Assembly (NCBI GenBank): GCA_002009975.1
Contig: MTLP01000031.1
Location: 32,001-96,000, forward strand
Length of the DNA: 64,000 nucleotides
Source: Thermococcus sp. JdFR-02
Lineage (GTDB): Archaea; Methanobacteriota_B; Thermococci; Thermococcales; Thermococcaceae
Reading direction: 5' to 3'
The notes under the pieces are model-generated. The model saw only the letters and a program-made list of their open reading frames with translations. It did not search any database and was not told the origin of the DNA. A program made the translations under genes and the position numbers. Each line of letters begins with the position of its first letter. The first letter of the stretch is position 1. Below, piece by piece: positions 1 to 9,851 of this stretch.

Positions 1-31
1 TAAAATGGATTTTCTAGAATTAAGGCTGTAA

Positions 32-109
32 TGGTGGGCCCGGGGGGCTTTGAACCCCCGACCACGCGGTTATGAGCCGCGCGCTCTGACCAGGCTGAGC
101 TACGGGCCC
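32..109 (-). tRNA. tRNA-Ile2(CAT) (CAU anticodon; elongator Met not fully excluded)
   Basis: Reverse complement GGGCCCGTAGCTCAGCCTGGTCAGAGCGCGCGGCT-CAT-AACCGCG...GGGCCCACCA folds as a cloverleaf with encoded CCA; the GGGCCC acceptor stem and lack of intron fit archaeal tRNA-Ile2. Confidence 0.85.
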
Positions 110-118
110 ATGCAGTGT

Positions 119-194
119 TGGCGCCGCCGCCCCGGCTCGAACGGGGGACCACGCGGTTAACAGCCGCGCGCTCTACCGACTAAGCTACGGCGGC
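119..194 (-). tRNA. tRNA-Asn(GTT)
   Basis: Reverse complement GCCGCCGTAGCTTAGTCGGTAGAGCGCGCGGCT-GTT-AACCGCG...GGCGGCGCCA. Confidence 0.95.
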
Positions 195-305
195 ACAGCC
201 CAATGATAGCAAATAGAACTTGTGTTTATAAAGCTTGCGGTGTTTAAAGCCTGTTAAACCTTAGCGAAAACTTTATATATTAACCCAGACTTTTCTTCAA
301 TCGGT

Positions 306-382
306 GCCCCGGTGGCTCAGCCTGGTAGAGCGGCGGACTTGTAATCCGCAGGTCCCGGGTTCAAACCCCGGCCGGGGCTCCA
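306..382 (+). tRNA. tRNA-Thr(TGT)
   Basis: GCCCCGGTGGCTCAGCCTGGTAGAGCGGCGGACT-TGT-AATCCGC...GGGGCTCCA; TATA-like TTTATATA upstream at about 272-279. Confidence 0.95.
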
Positions 383-407
383 TTATCTGGGCTGTTCAGT
401 GGGACAT

Positions 408-485
408 GGGGCCGTGGGGTAGCTTGGTCTATCCTGCGGGCTTTGGGAGCCCGTGACCCGAGTTCAAATCTCGGCGGCCCCACCA
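408..485 (+). tRNA. tRNA-Pro(TGG)
   Basis: GGGGCCGTGGGGTAGCTTGGTCTATCCTGCGGGCTT-TGG-GAGCCCG...GGCCCCACCA. Confidence 0.95.
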
Positions 486-498
486 TAACGTTTTTCAT

Positions 499-575
499 GC
501 CCCGGTGGCTCAGCCTGGTAGAGCGCTCGCTTGGTAAGCGAGAGGTCGCGGGTTCAAACCCCGCCCGGGGCTCCA
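499..575 (+). tRNA. tRNA-Thr(GGT)
   Basis: GCCCCGGTGGCTCAGCCTGGTAGAGCGCTCGCTT-GGT-AAGCGAG...GGGGCTCCA. Confidence 0.95.
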
Positions 576-691
576 TTCTGTTTACTTAATCTGCATAATT
601 TTCCATTTAGATGACTTTTTATTACCCTTAAATAAGCATTTCTATAGGAATCAACAAAATTTGTGTCCTAATTTCTCCCTTTTGGACAATT

Positions 692-725
692 GAAACGATC
701 TGAAACATTCGTTCCATGATGTTCC
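692..725. promoter_or_regulatory. Putative operator: GAAAC-n5-GAAAC-n4-GTTCC-n5-GTTCC
   Basis: Two direct half-sites 10 bp apart facing two inverted half-sites 10 bp apart, about 60 bp upstream of the ABC ATPase start. Confidence 0.4.
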
Positions 726-783
726 TTATTTAGGTCTAAACGCTTAGATAGCAATCGAGAATATAGTAACGGAGGCATTTGTA

Positions 784-1728
784 ATGTACGTCATTGAAAC
801 TGATAAACTTACAAAGGTTTATGGAGATATTATTGCAGTCGATCATATTGATCTAAAAGTCAAGAAAAATAGAATATTTGGGTTTTTAGGACCTAACGGA
901 GCAGGAAAAACAACGACAGTATTGATGCTCTTAGGTTTGATACAGCCCACGGAAGGTAGAGCCTATGTAAATAACATAGATGTTCAAGAAAAACCTATTG
1001 AGGTTAAGAAAATAAGTGGCTATTTACCTTCAGAGAATGGGCTATATCCAAACATGAGCGCTTTAGACAATCTGCTCTTTTTTGCAAAATTCTATAAGAT
1101 CCCAAGGAATGAAGCAAAGAAGATAGCTTTAGATTTGCTTGATCTTGTAGGACTTAAAGAAGTCGCAAAAAAGAAAGTGGGAGAGTTTTCTACAGGAATG
1201 AAGCAACGGTTAGCTTTAGCTCAAGCCCTTATCAACGATCCAGAAATTCTTTTCTTAGATGAACCTACAAGCGGTTTAGACCCAAAAGGGGCAGTTGAAA
1301 TAAGACAACTCATAAAGGACCTTAGAAAAGAAGGCAAAACAATATTTTTAACCTCACATATATTGCCTGAGGTAGATGAAGTATGCGACTCAATAGGGAT
1401 AATAGTTAACGGTAAGCTGGTTGCTATGGGAAGTAAAGAGGAGTTAAAAAGGGCATTTTTGAACGAGAAAGTCAGGATTCTTGTTGAAATTGAGGAATCT
1501 CTACCAGACCTTTCAGAATTTGCAACTGATATTAAACTTTTTACAAAAAACAAGGCAATGATTTATGCTAAGGCTGATATAAGAAAGGAGCTTTTTGAGT
1601 ATCTTAACTCAAATGGATACACGGTTCTTGATCTCCATCTAATGGAACCTACCTTAGAGGAGATCTTTTTGAAAATGGCTTATGGAGAGGAACCTGTATT
1701 AGAAAAAATTACTGAAGGTGAAAGATAA
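784..1728 (+). CDS. ABC-2 type exporter ATP-binding protein
   Basis: Walker A GPNGAGKTT, signature FSTGMKQR, Walker B LFLDEP, H-loop SH. Confidence 0.93.
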   Translation: MYVIETDKLTKVYGDIIAVDHIDLKVKKNRIFGFLGPNGAGKTTTVLMLLGLIQPTEGRAYVNNIDVQEKPIEVKKISGYLPSENGLYPNMSALDNLLFFAKFYKIPRNEAKKIALDLLDLVGLKEVAKKKVGEFSTGMKQRLALAQALINDPEILFLDEPTSGLDPKGAVEIRQLIKDLRKEGKTIFLTSHILPEVDEVCDSIGIIVNGKLVAMGSKEELKRAFLNEKVRILVEIEESLPDLSEFATDIKLFTKNKAMIYAKADIRKELFEYLNSNGYTVLDLHLMEPTLEEIFLKMAYGEEPVLEKITEGER

Positions 1729-2750
1729 TGCTAATGATCATAGCTGAGAAGGAATTTAAGGATTACATAACAAGTAAACGCTTTCTATTAATTTTCGGCT
1801 TTCTTTTGCTAATAAGTATAGTCTCAATATGGCAGGGATATAATATATATCAAGCAAGACTCGAGAATTATGTTGCAGGCAAAACCAAATTCCAACCAAG
1901 CATATTTGACATATTCACACAAGTTAGAAATTACTTAGGGCTGATTGGAGCAATATTTGCCCTTTCCCTTGGATTTGATGCTATCACAAAAGAACGCGAG
2001 ATGGGAACACTCAAAGTTTTAATGAGCCATCCAGTTTATAAAGATCAAGTAATCTTAGGGAAGTTCCTTGGAGGAGCTTTGACCCTTGGTCTTTCAATTC
2101 TCATAATGACACTAACATCTCTCGGAGCACTCTTAATCTTAGGAGTCCAAATTGACGGCGAATCGCTTATGAGAATAATTCTTTTCATGCTTTTTGCTTA
2201 TCTATATCTCCTACTTTTCCTTGGTGTTGGAATGGCTTTCTCAGCACTTTCAAAAAACAGCAGCAATGCCTTGATGTATTCCCTTGTTTTGTTTCTTATT
2301 CTAATGATAATCTTCCCTACAATAGCTCCGATGATAGGAGAACACTATGCTGGAGATGCACCACAACAACCTCAAGTTTCAAGAAAAGAAGATCCTCATG
2401 CATGGGAACTCTACATAAAGAACTATATGAAATGGCAACAGAAGCGTTATGGAATTGAAAACAAGATAAATAGCTTTTCCCCTTATTACAACTTCCAGCA
2501 GCTCGGTAGTTATATCTTAAATCCTTACAAGTCCACACAATCTAATCTTCCAATAATACAAAGAGTGATAAGCAATCCTCAGCTTGCACAGGTTCTTAGA
2601 AAAAGCGGTATTGTAAAGATAGAACTTGAAAAATATTCACTAAGCCAAAGTCTTTCATTTGCAACATCGCATATAGTTCTCTTAATAGCTCCCCTAATAA
2701 TGAGCTTTATAGTGGCATATGTAGCGTTTATGAGAAGTGATATGAGGTGA
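1728..2750 (+). CDS. ABC-2 type exporter permease
   Basis: Multiple TM segments; GFDAITKEREMGTLKVLMSHP..VILGKF motif; TAATG coupling to the ATPase. Confidence 0.88.
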   Translation: MLMIIAEKEFKDYITSKRFLLIFGFLLLISIVSIWQGYNIYQARLENYVAGKTKFQPSIFDIFTQVRNYLGLIGAIFALSLGFDAITKEREMGTLKVLMSHPVYKDQVILGKFLGGALTLGLSILIMTLTSLGALLILGVQIDGESLMRIILFMLFAYLYLLLFLGVGMAFSALSKNSSNALMYSLVLFLILMIIFPTIAPMIGEHYAGDAPQQPQVSRKEDPHAWELYIKNYMKWQQKRYGIENKINSFSPYYNFQQLGSYILNPYKSTQSNLPIIQRVISNPQLAQVLRKSGIVKIELEKYSLSQSLSFATSHIVLLIAPLIMSFIVAYVAFMRSDMR

Positions 2751-2754
2751 GAAA

Positions 2755-4686
2755 ATGAAGAAGTTCGCCTTATTCTTATTTTTTCTCTTACCATTTGCTA
2801 CAGCGGGTCAAGCTGTTGATGTCTATCTCTATTTAGGACAGCTTATAGAAGTAAACGATGTTCCAATAGAGCTCTTGGATATTTCAAAAACTGGTGACAA
2901 AGCTGCTATAAAAGTAGGTAATGATACTTACGTCTTGAGTTTCGGAGAAAGTATTATCTACGAGAACTGGACAATTCACATGGGGAGCATAGAGCTTTCC
3001 AAGAAGAGAGTTCGTCTAATTCTTGAAGGAGTCGAGAGCATAAAAGGCTCAAGCAGACTGAACATAGAGATTCCCTATCCGAGTAAAGTAGCGTCTCTAA
3101 GAGACGAAGTAAGCTTTACTCTTCAAATTACAAACGAAGGAGATGATGCTCTGTTCCCCCTAAGCTACGCTCTTCCAAAGGACTTTGAGGCTTATTTCTA
3201 CGCTGAGAACAGCAAAGTGAATGAAGTTTACATAAAGCATGGAGAAACGAAAACCATAACCTTTGTTGTTAAAGTCTCAAATGTTGAAGGTGAGTTTGAC
3301 ATCTATGCCTTTGTTGGAAACTCTTCAGCAAAAATGCACTTAAGTGTAGAGAGCAAAGAGGAATATGAAGTTCACGCGGAGTATTTAGGAAAAGCTGTTG
3401 AAGCTGGTCAGGAAGTAACTTTTCCTATAACAATCAAAGCATATAGTGATACATTAGTTTCACTAAATGCATCTGCTCCAGAAGGATGGAAAGTTTACTT
3501 CAAATCTGGGAGTGAGAAGGTTACAAAGCTCTATTTATTTAAGGGAAGCAATATACCTCTAACTTTAGTCATCAGCATTCCAAGTGACACTCTAATTGGG
3601 ACATATAATGTAAGCGCAAATATTGGGAGTGAAGTGCTTGTCTTCGAGGTATATGTGGAAGAAACACACGCTGGCGAAAATGGTATAATAACTTTAAGGG
3701 TCACTGATTCCTCAAATGGCGCTTACATTTCTAGTGCTCTTGTGGAAGTTCTGAATGAAAATGAAACACTTGATCAAGTTTATACAACGCCTGATGGGAG
3801 AGCTCAACTTGAAGTGCCTGAGGGAAGCTATACATTGAGAGTAAGCAAAGAAGGATATGAAAGTTATGAGAAAGAATTTGAAGTTGAAGCAGGAAAAAAT
3901 ATCGATCTTGGAATAATAAGCCTCGATAAAATACCTTACTATTATACTCTTGAGTGCAACGAGCCCTCCAAAAGTGCTGTTCTGGGAGAAAGCCTGCAGT
4001 ATAAGATAATTATAGAGAATCTAGGTTTACAAGATGATTCATACAAGCTGACACTAAGAGACTTGCCTGATAACTGGGCTTACCGCATAGTAGAAAGCCT
4101 TAACTCAAAAGTAGGGATAAGCGAGACATTCGTAAAGGCTGATTCTCAAAAGACTATCTACCTAATAATTATTCCTCCCAATAATGCTGAGCTCAAAAAG
4201 TACAACTTCATTATTGAAGTGCAATCAAGAGGAAACAAAGAAGTGAAAGAGCTTGAATTAGAAGCAAACCTTATAGGGAGCTACGACATGAATATAAACC
4301 TCGAGCGTTATAGTTTCGAAATGAAAACAGGGGAAACAAAAGAGATAAGCGTTTGGATTTACAATAGTGGCTCAAGTCCACTAACGAATGTTCAGCTTAA
4401 TGTAGAAGTACCTGAAGGATGGCTCGTCACTATAGAGCCAGATGGTGTTGCTTCAATAGAAGCAAATAAATATGCCGAGTTTAAAGTTTCTATAACAAGT
4501 CCTCAAAATCTTGAAGCCGGTGATTATAAAATTACAATAAAAGCCAGCAGTGATCAACTTAGCAAAGAAGAAAATGTTAGAATAACAATAAAGAAAAGCA
4601 GTACACAGACCTATTTGGGCATTGGGATAATACTCATCTCCATGTTATTACTAGGTGCATTGCTTAAGAAATATGGAAGAAAGTGA
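2755..4686 (+). CDS. Surface protein with NEW3-like Ig domains and a carboxypeptidase-regulatory-like domain
   Basis: Signal peptide, repeated PEGW/PDNW beta-rich repeats, GSYTLRVSKEGY motif, C-terminal TM followed by basic tail KKYGRK. Confidence 0.75.
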   Translation: MKKFALFLFFLLPFATAGQAVDVYLYLGQLIEVNDVPIELLDISKTGDKAAIKVGNDTYVLSFGESIIYENWTIHMGSIELSKKRVRLILEGVESIKGSSRLNIEIPYPSKVASLRDEVSFTLQITNEGDDALFPLSYALPKDFEAYFYAENSKVNEVYIKHGETKTITFVVKVSNVEGEFDIYAFVGNSSAKMHLSVESKEEYEVHAEYLGKAVEAGQEVTFPITIKAYSDTLVSLNASAPEGWKVYFKSGSEKVTKLYLFKGSNIPLTLVISIPSDTLIGTYNVSANIGSEVLVFEVYVEETHAGENGIITLRVTDSSNGAYISSALVEVLNENETLDQVYTTPDGRAQLEVPEGSYTLRVSKEGYESYEKEFEVEAGKNIDLGIISLDKIPYYYTLECNEPSKSAVLGESLQYKIIIENLGLQDDSYKLTLRDLPDNWAYRIVESLNSKVGISETFVKADSQKTIYLIIIPPNNAELKKYNFIIEVQSRGNKEVKELELEANLIGSYDMNINLERYSFEMKTGETKEISVWIYNSGSSPLTNVQLNVEVPEGWLVTIEPDGVASIEANKYAEFKVSITSPQNLEAGDYKITIKASSDQLSKEENVRITIKKSSTQTYLGIGIILISMLLLGALLKKYGRK

Positions 4687-4747
4687 GCCTTTTCATCTTT
4701 TTTGAATATCTTTTTTCATTAAATAAAGTTTAGAAAAAAGAAAAAGC

Positions 4748-6253
4748 TCAAATATCAACCTCCCCCTTTTCCTTCAACTCCTTGTACATCTTCCAGGTTA
4801 TTATTGGTCTCTTTGCCGCTAAAACGTCGTCAACCCTTCTTACAGCCGTGTTATGTGGAGCGCTCTTTACCATTTCGGGATTATTGTATGCTTCTTCACT
4901 TATCTTCTTCAATGCATTGACGTAAGCATCAAGCTCTTCCTTTGTAACGGTTTCAGTTGGTTCAATCATTAAAGCTTCATGTACAATTAATGGGAAGTAG
5001 ATTGTTGGAGCGTGTAAACCAAAGTCAAGCAGTCTTTTAGCTACATCTAAGGTCTTAACTCCAGTTTCCTTCTTCATTGGCTCTGCACTAAAGACAACTT
5101 CATGTTTTCTAAGCTCTTTATGAGGTAATTCATAACCTTTTGTTCCTTTGAGCTTTTGCGTTAAGTAGTTTGCATTGAGAACAGCCATTTCTCCTGCTTC
5201 TTTTAATCCGCTCTTGCCCATTATCTTGAGATAAGTTAAAGCCCTAACTAAGACTGCAAAGTTTCCATAAAATTCTTTAACCTTCCCAATACTCTTTGGC
5301 AGGTTATAGTTAAGATAATACCTGCCCTCCTCTTCATCGTAATCCACTATTGGGACTGGAAGGTACTTAATGAGGTGCTTTTTAACTCCAACTGGACCAG
5401 CCCCAGGACCTCCACCACCGTGGGGTGTTGAGAAAGTCTTATGCAAATTAATGTGGACAACATCAAATCCCATATCCCCTGGTCTAACTTTGCCAAGAAT
5501 TCCATTTAAGTTTGCACCATCGTAATAAAGCAATCCACCAGCTTTGTGCACAATCTTGGCTATCTCCAAAATGTCTTCCTCAAAGATGCCCAGCGTGTTT
5601 GGATTGGTTAGCATCAATCCAGCTGTTTTCTCACTTACTGCATTTTCTAAAGCCTCTAAATCCACCATGCCTTGTTCATTTGAAGGAATTTCAATAACTT
5701 TAAAGCCTGCCACTGCAGCACTTGCTGGATTAGTACCATGTGCCGAATCTGGAACTATAATCTCATTTCTTTGCGTTTCACCCTTATCCAGATGGTAAGC
5801 CCTAATTATCATGACCCCAGTGAATTCACCATTTGCACCTGCTGCTGGTTGCAGAGTGAAGCGATCCATACCAGTTATTTCCTTTAACCATTGTTCGAGC
5901 TCATACATTATTTGCAAAGCACCTTGTACTGTTCTTTCATCTTGATAGGGATGAATAAATGTAACCTTTGGATGAAAAGCCATCTCTTCATTAATCTTTG
6001 GATTATATTTCATTGTACAAGAGCCGAGAGGATAAAATCCGCTATCTACACCAAAGTTCATCTCACTAAGCCTTGTGTAGTGCTTAACAATCTCAGGCTC
6101 GCTGACTTCTGGTAAGTCAACTTCCTTTCTCCTTAGTTTCTCAGGAATCTGGATCTCAATATCTTCAATTGGCTCTGGAAGTGAAAACCCAATCCTTCCA
6201 GGTTTGGAGAGTTCAAATATCAAAGGTTCATCCCATTTAGCCTGTCTGAACAT
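4748..6253 (-). CDS. gcvPB: Glycine dehydrogenase (aminomethyl-transferring) subunit 2
   Basis: [11 protein letters not shown] and [16 protein letters not shown] (PLP Lys); ATG at 6253 follows a GAGGTGG RBS. Confidence 0.97.
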   Translation of the reverse strand: MFRQAKWDEPLIFELSKPGRIGFSLPEPIEDIEIQIPEKLRRKEVDLPEVSEPEIVKHYTRLSEMNFGVDSGFYPLGSCTMKYNPKINEEMAFHPKVTFIHPYQDERTVQGALQIMYELEQWLKEITGMDRFTLQPAAGANGEFTGVMIIRAYHLDKGETQRNEIIVPDSAHGTNPASAAVAGFKVIEIPSNEQGMVDLEALENAVSEKTAGLMLTNPNTLGIFEEDILEIAKIVHKAGGLLYYDGANLNGILGKVRPGDMGFDVVHINLHKTFSTPHGGGGPGAGPVGVKKHLIKYLPVPIVDYDEEEGRYYLNYNLPKSIGKVKEFYGNFAVLVRALTYLKIMGKSGLKEAGEMAVLNANYLTQKLKGTKGYELPHKELRKHEVVFSAEPMKKETGVKTLDVAKRLLDFGLHAPTIYFPLIVHEALMIEPTETVTKEELDAYVNALKKISEEAYNNPEMVKSAPHNTAVRRVDDVLAAKRPIITWKMYKELKEKGEVDI

Positions 6254-6263
6254 TTTTACCACC

Positions 6264-7619
6264 TCACAGTCCAGCCTCCGCTATTATCTCCTTCAATGAT
6301 TCAACTAACGCATTAATCCATTCTTTTCTTGTTGTTTCAGTTACTGCAAATAAAGCACTCTCTCCAAGCTCTGGAAAGTGCTGTTTTAAGTAAAATCCAC
6401 CGTGAATGTTCCTCTCTAAAAGCCTTTCATGAATTGCATCGTATGGAACATCAAACCTCACCAAGACATCTTTGAAGTTTATCCCATCAAAAGGAATCTC
6501 AGCAACTTCGCTTATACGTTTCTTAAAGTAAGCGGTGTTTTTGAGAATTATTTCACCCAATTTTTGAAGCCCTTTTGGTCCAAGTGAAGCTATGTGAATT
6601 GCAGCAGCTACAGCTACTAAAGCCTCATTTGAACAAATATTTGAAGTTGCTTTAGCTCTCCTAATATGCTGCTCTCTCGTTTGCAAAGTCATTACAAAAG
6701 CTCTCTTTCCTTCAGCATCTTTTGTCATTCCAATTATCCTTCCAGGCATTTGTCTAATTAGTTTTTTATCATTTCTAACAGCAAAAATTCCCGCTCTCGG
6801 ACCACCAAAATTCATTGGATTTCCAAAGAAAGCCGCTTCACCTATTACAACATCTGCCCCATAATTCCCTGGTGCCTCAAAAATTCCTAAGCTGGTTGGA
6901 TCAACGCCGACTATAAATAGAGCATCGTTTTCATGAGCTATCTTTCCAATTTCTTCAACATTTTCTTCAATTAGCCCAAAGAAGTTCGGCATTTCAACAT
7001 AAACTCCAGCTGCACCTTTTACTTTCTTCTCTAGCTCTTCTAAGTTTATCTGTCCTTTTTCATCCCAATTAATGTACTCAATTTGCATGTTAGCCCCAGC
7101 AACATAAGTGTGAAGAACTTTTTTCTTTTCTGGGCTTAAGTGTTTTGGAACAATAAATTTAGCTCTCTTCTTAACTCTATAGCTCATTAAAGCTGCTTCG
7201 CCTAAAGCAGTTCCCCAATCATACATTGATGCATTTACAATCTCCAGTCCAACTAGTTCAGCAATTAGACTTTGGTATTCAAAGAGAGCTTGGAGCATTC
7301 CTTGACTAATCTCTGCTTGGTACGGAGTATAAGCTGTTAAAAATTCGCTTCTTGATATTAGATACTTCACGTGAGCTGGTACATAGTGATTGTAAGTTCC
7401 TGCACCTAAGAAAATGGGAATCTCCAGAGCTGTTTTGTTTTTGCTTAAAATCTCGTTCATTTCAAGGAATACTTCATATTCGCTTTTACCCTCTGGTAAG
7501 TTAAATTCATGCATCACTTCCTTTGGAACATCAGAAAAAAGCTCATCAATGGAAGTAAAGCCAATCTCTCTGAGCATCTCTTCTTTATGCGCTAAATTTG
7601 GTAAATATTGCTTCGCCAT
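6264..7619 (-). CDS. gcvPA: Glycine dehydrogenase subunit 1
   Basis: [36 protein letters not shown]. Confidence 0.97.
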   Translation of the reverse strand: MAKQYLPNLAHKEEMLREIGFTSIDELFSDVPKEVMHEFNLPEGKSEYEVFLEMNEILSKNKTALEIPIFLGAGTYNHYVPAHVKYLISRSEFLTAYTPYQAEISQGMLQALFEYQSLIAELVGLEIVNASMYDWGTALGEAALMSYRVKKRAKFIVPKHLSPEKKKVLHTYVAGANMQIEYINWDEKGQINLEELEKKVKGAAGVYVEMPNFFGLIEENVEEIGKIAHENDALFIVGVDPTSLGIFEAPGNYGADVVIGEAAFFGNPMNFGGPRAGIFAVRNDKKLIRQMPGRIIGMTKDAEGKRAFVMTLQTREQHIRRAKATSNICSNEALVAVAAAIHIASLGPKGLQKLGEIILKNTAYFKKRISEVAEIPFDGINFKDVLVRFDVPYDAIHERLLERNIHGGFYLKQHFPELGESALFAVTETTRKEWINALVESLKEIIAEAGL

Positions 7620-7780
7620 AGGCATCACCTTAAAACAATCATCATAATATTTTGCACATCTAAAATATATGTCTTGTGATTGACTAAACATTAGGTGATG
7701 GATATATAACTTATGGTGTGAAACACATTTGACCAGAAATGCTTAAAAGTGATGAGTATCTACATTGACTCGGTGAAAAA

Positions 7781-8929
7781 ATGATCATCTATTTAGATAA
7801 TGCAAACACAACTAAACCTGACCCAGAGGTTATTAAGATCATGCTTGAGTACTTAGAAGAGAAATACGGAGCTCCAGGAGGGGAATTTGGGCACATATTT
7901 GATGAAGATGCAAGGGAAGCAGTGGAGATAGCAAGGGAAAAGATAGCGAGAGAGATAAATGCATCCCCAGAGGAGATTATTTTTGTCTCAGATGAGATAG
8001 AAGCGGATAATATAGCAATAAAGGGAGTAGCATTCCAAAAGGGCAAGGGGAAAGTGCTGACAAGTAAAATTGAAAGAAAAGCAATCATAAACACGGTGAA
8101 GCGATTGAAAGAATTTGACTTCGAAGCTCATGAAATCAGTGTTGATAGAGAAGGCTTCATTAAAATCGATGAACTGCAGAATAACTTAAATGATGCAATC
8201 CTCTTTGCGACTCATCATGGAAATTTTGAAATTGGTACTATCCAGAATGTAAGAGCTATAAGCGACTTAGTTCATGAGAAAGGTGCGTTGCTCTACTTGG
8301 ATGCAACTCAAAGCTTCGGAAAAGTTAAAATCGATGTCAAAAAACTTGATGTTGATTTAATGAGCATTACAGCCCATCTAATTCATGGACCTAAAGGGAT
8401 AGCCGCCCTCTATATAAGAGATGGAATCAAAATAAAGCCTATTTTAGATGGAGATGTAAGGGAAAGAGGTATTAGACCTGGAATGATAAACGTTCCAGCT
8501 ATTGCTGGTTTTGGAAAAGCTGTTGAGTTAATTAATTATGAAGATGCAAAGAGAATGGCAAAACTGAGGGATAAACTTATTGATTTATTGCTCACGATCC
8601 CAGATACAAAGTTAAATGGTCCAAAAGGGGATAAGAGGCTTCCACATAACGTTAATGTTTCATTTGCTTATGTTGAAGGTGAAAGTGTATTATTGCACTG
8701 CGACATGAGGGGATTAGTATTCTCAACTGGTTCAGCTTGTTATTCCCAAGAACTCCTGCCAAGCCATGTTATCAGAGGTATAGGGGGCTCATTTGAAGAC
8801 GCTCACGGCTCAGTAAGGCTTAGTCTAAGCAAGTGGACAACAGAAGAAGAGATAATTAAGGCTTATGAGATATTAAAAGATGTTGTAACTAAGCTGAGGG
8901 AAATAAGCATTTATGGTGGGAAGAAATGA
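7781..8929 (+). CDS. iscS: Cysteine desulfurase-like protein (IscS/NifS group I) with degenerate PLP site
   Basis: YLDNANTT, DATQSFGK, HGPKG and STGSAC are present, but AHL replaces AHK and ER replaces EH. Confidence 0.85.
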   Translation: MIIYLDNANTTKPDPEVIKIMLEYLEEKYGAPGGEFGHIFDEDAREAVEIAREKIAREINASPEEIIFVSDEIEADNIAIKGVAFQKGKGKVLTSKIERKAIINTVKRLKEFDFEAHEISVDREGFIKIDELQNNLNDAILFATHHGNFEIGTIQNVRAISDLVHEKGALLYLDATQSFGKVKIDVKKLDVDLMSITAHLIHGPKGIAALYIRDGIKIKPILDGDVRERGIRPGMINVPAIAGFGKAVELINYEDAKRMAKLRDKLIDLLLTIPDTKLNGPKGDKRLPHNVNVSFAYVEGESVLLHCDMRGLVFSTGSACYSQELLPSHVIRGIGGSFEDAHGSVRLSLSKWTTEEEIIKAYEILKDVVTKLREISIYGGKK

Positions 8930-9147
8930 TTAAAATCAATGTTGTTGGAAAACCTTGTCCAGTCCCACTCAATGAGTTTAGAAAAGCGATTAGAAGAGCC
9001 CCAGTTGGCGAAATTATTGAAATAATCGGAACGCATGAGCTTAGTAAAGGAGAAATAGCCCTAGCCGCTGAAGAAACTGGGCAGGAAATTCTGGAAATCG
9101 ATGAAAAAGATGGAGTATGGAGGATAGTTGTAAAAAAGGTGAGGTAA
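8926..9147 (+). CDS. TusA/SirA-family sulfur carrier
   Basis: 73 aa with GKPCPVP (CPxP) motif; ATGA overlap with iscS. Confidence 0.88.
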   Translation: MIKINVVGKPCPVPLNEFRKAIRRAPVGEIIEIIGTHELSKGEIALAAEETGQEILEIDEKDGVWRIVVKKVR

Positions 9148-9795
9148 ATGGAGAGATTCGATGCAAGAAAGTGGGATGAGAAGAAACGTATAGGCTACTC
9201 AAGAAAGGTCTTGCAGTTATTCTTAAATCCAAAAAACGTTGGAGAAATTGAAAATCCGTCAGTCACGGCAAAAGCAGGAAGTCCAGCCTGTGGTGACATG
9301 ATAAAGCTTTATTTAAAGATTGAGGATGATAGAATAGTTGATGCAAAGTTTAGGACATATGGGTGTGCCGCTAACATAGCCACAGCTTCTATGCTAACCG
9401 AGATGATAATTGGAAAACCTGTTGAAGAAGCTAAAAAGATTAAATTTAAAGACCTCGTAGAAGCTCTTGGTGGTTTGCCTCAAATCAAATATCACTGTGC
9501 TGTTTTAGCTGCTGAAGGTTTGAGACAAGCTTTAGCAAAGTGGGATGTCATTCAAGGAAAAAGAAAAATTGATGAGAGCTTTGTTAAACTGATATTGGCT
9601 GCTGTTATTGATCCTCTCACAGGTGAGAGCGTTCTTCACGGACATAAATATCTCGGCTGTGAAATAGAAGGTAAAAAAGTCAAGATAAAGCTCGCCATTC
9701 CCAAGGATAGTGAAGAGGCAATTGTGTTTGAAGAGCAAATTAGAGAATCTTTTGAAGGTTTAGATGTTGATTTAGAGATCGAGTTCTTGGGGTAA
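9148..9795 (+). CDS. iscU: IscU/NifU-N Fe-S scaffold with C-terminal DUF59-like extension
   Basis: NPKNVGEI, GSPACGD, FRTYGCAA, LGGLPQIKYHCA, plus about 75 extra C-terminal residues. Confidence 0.88.
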   Translation: MERFDARKWDEKKRIGYSRKVLQLFLNPKNVGEIENPSVTAKAGSPACGDMIKLYLKIEDDRIVDAKFRTYGCAANIATASMLTEMIIGKPVEEAKKIKFKDLVEALGGLPQIKYHCAVLAAEGLRQALAKWDVIQGKRKIDESFVKLILAAVIDPLTGESVLHGHKYLGCEIEGKKVKIKLAIPKDSEEAIVFEEQIRESFEGLDVDLEIEFLG

Positions 9796-9851
9796 ACTTT
9801 TTATTTTCATTCTTTTAAAAAAGAGCAACTTATTATGAGGAGGAGCAACTG

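Noticed and set aside
306-575. Direct repeats GCCCCGGTGGCTCAGCCTGGTAGAGCG
   Set aside because: Shared sequence of two tRNA-Thr isoacceptors, not CRISPR or att repeats
361-576. 71-aa ORF on the minus strand
   Set aside because: Antisense shadow of three tRNA genes
576-4747. Integrated element at tRNA-Thr(GGT)
   Set aside because: No integrase and no duplicated tRNA 3' end (att site) found in the window
4748-9795. Functional link between gcvP and the divergent iscS operon (lipoate sulfur supply)
   Set aside because: Only adjacency supports it; no lipoate or gcvH genes in the window
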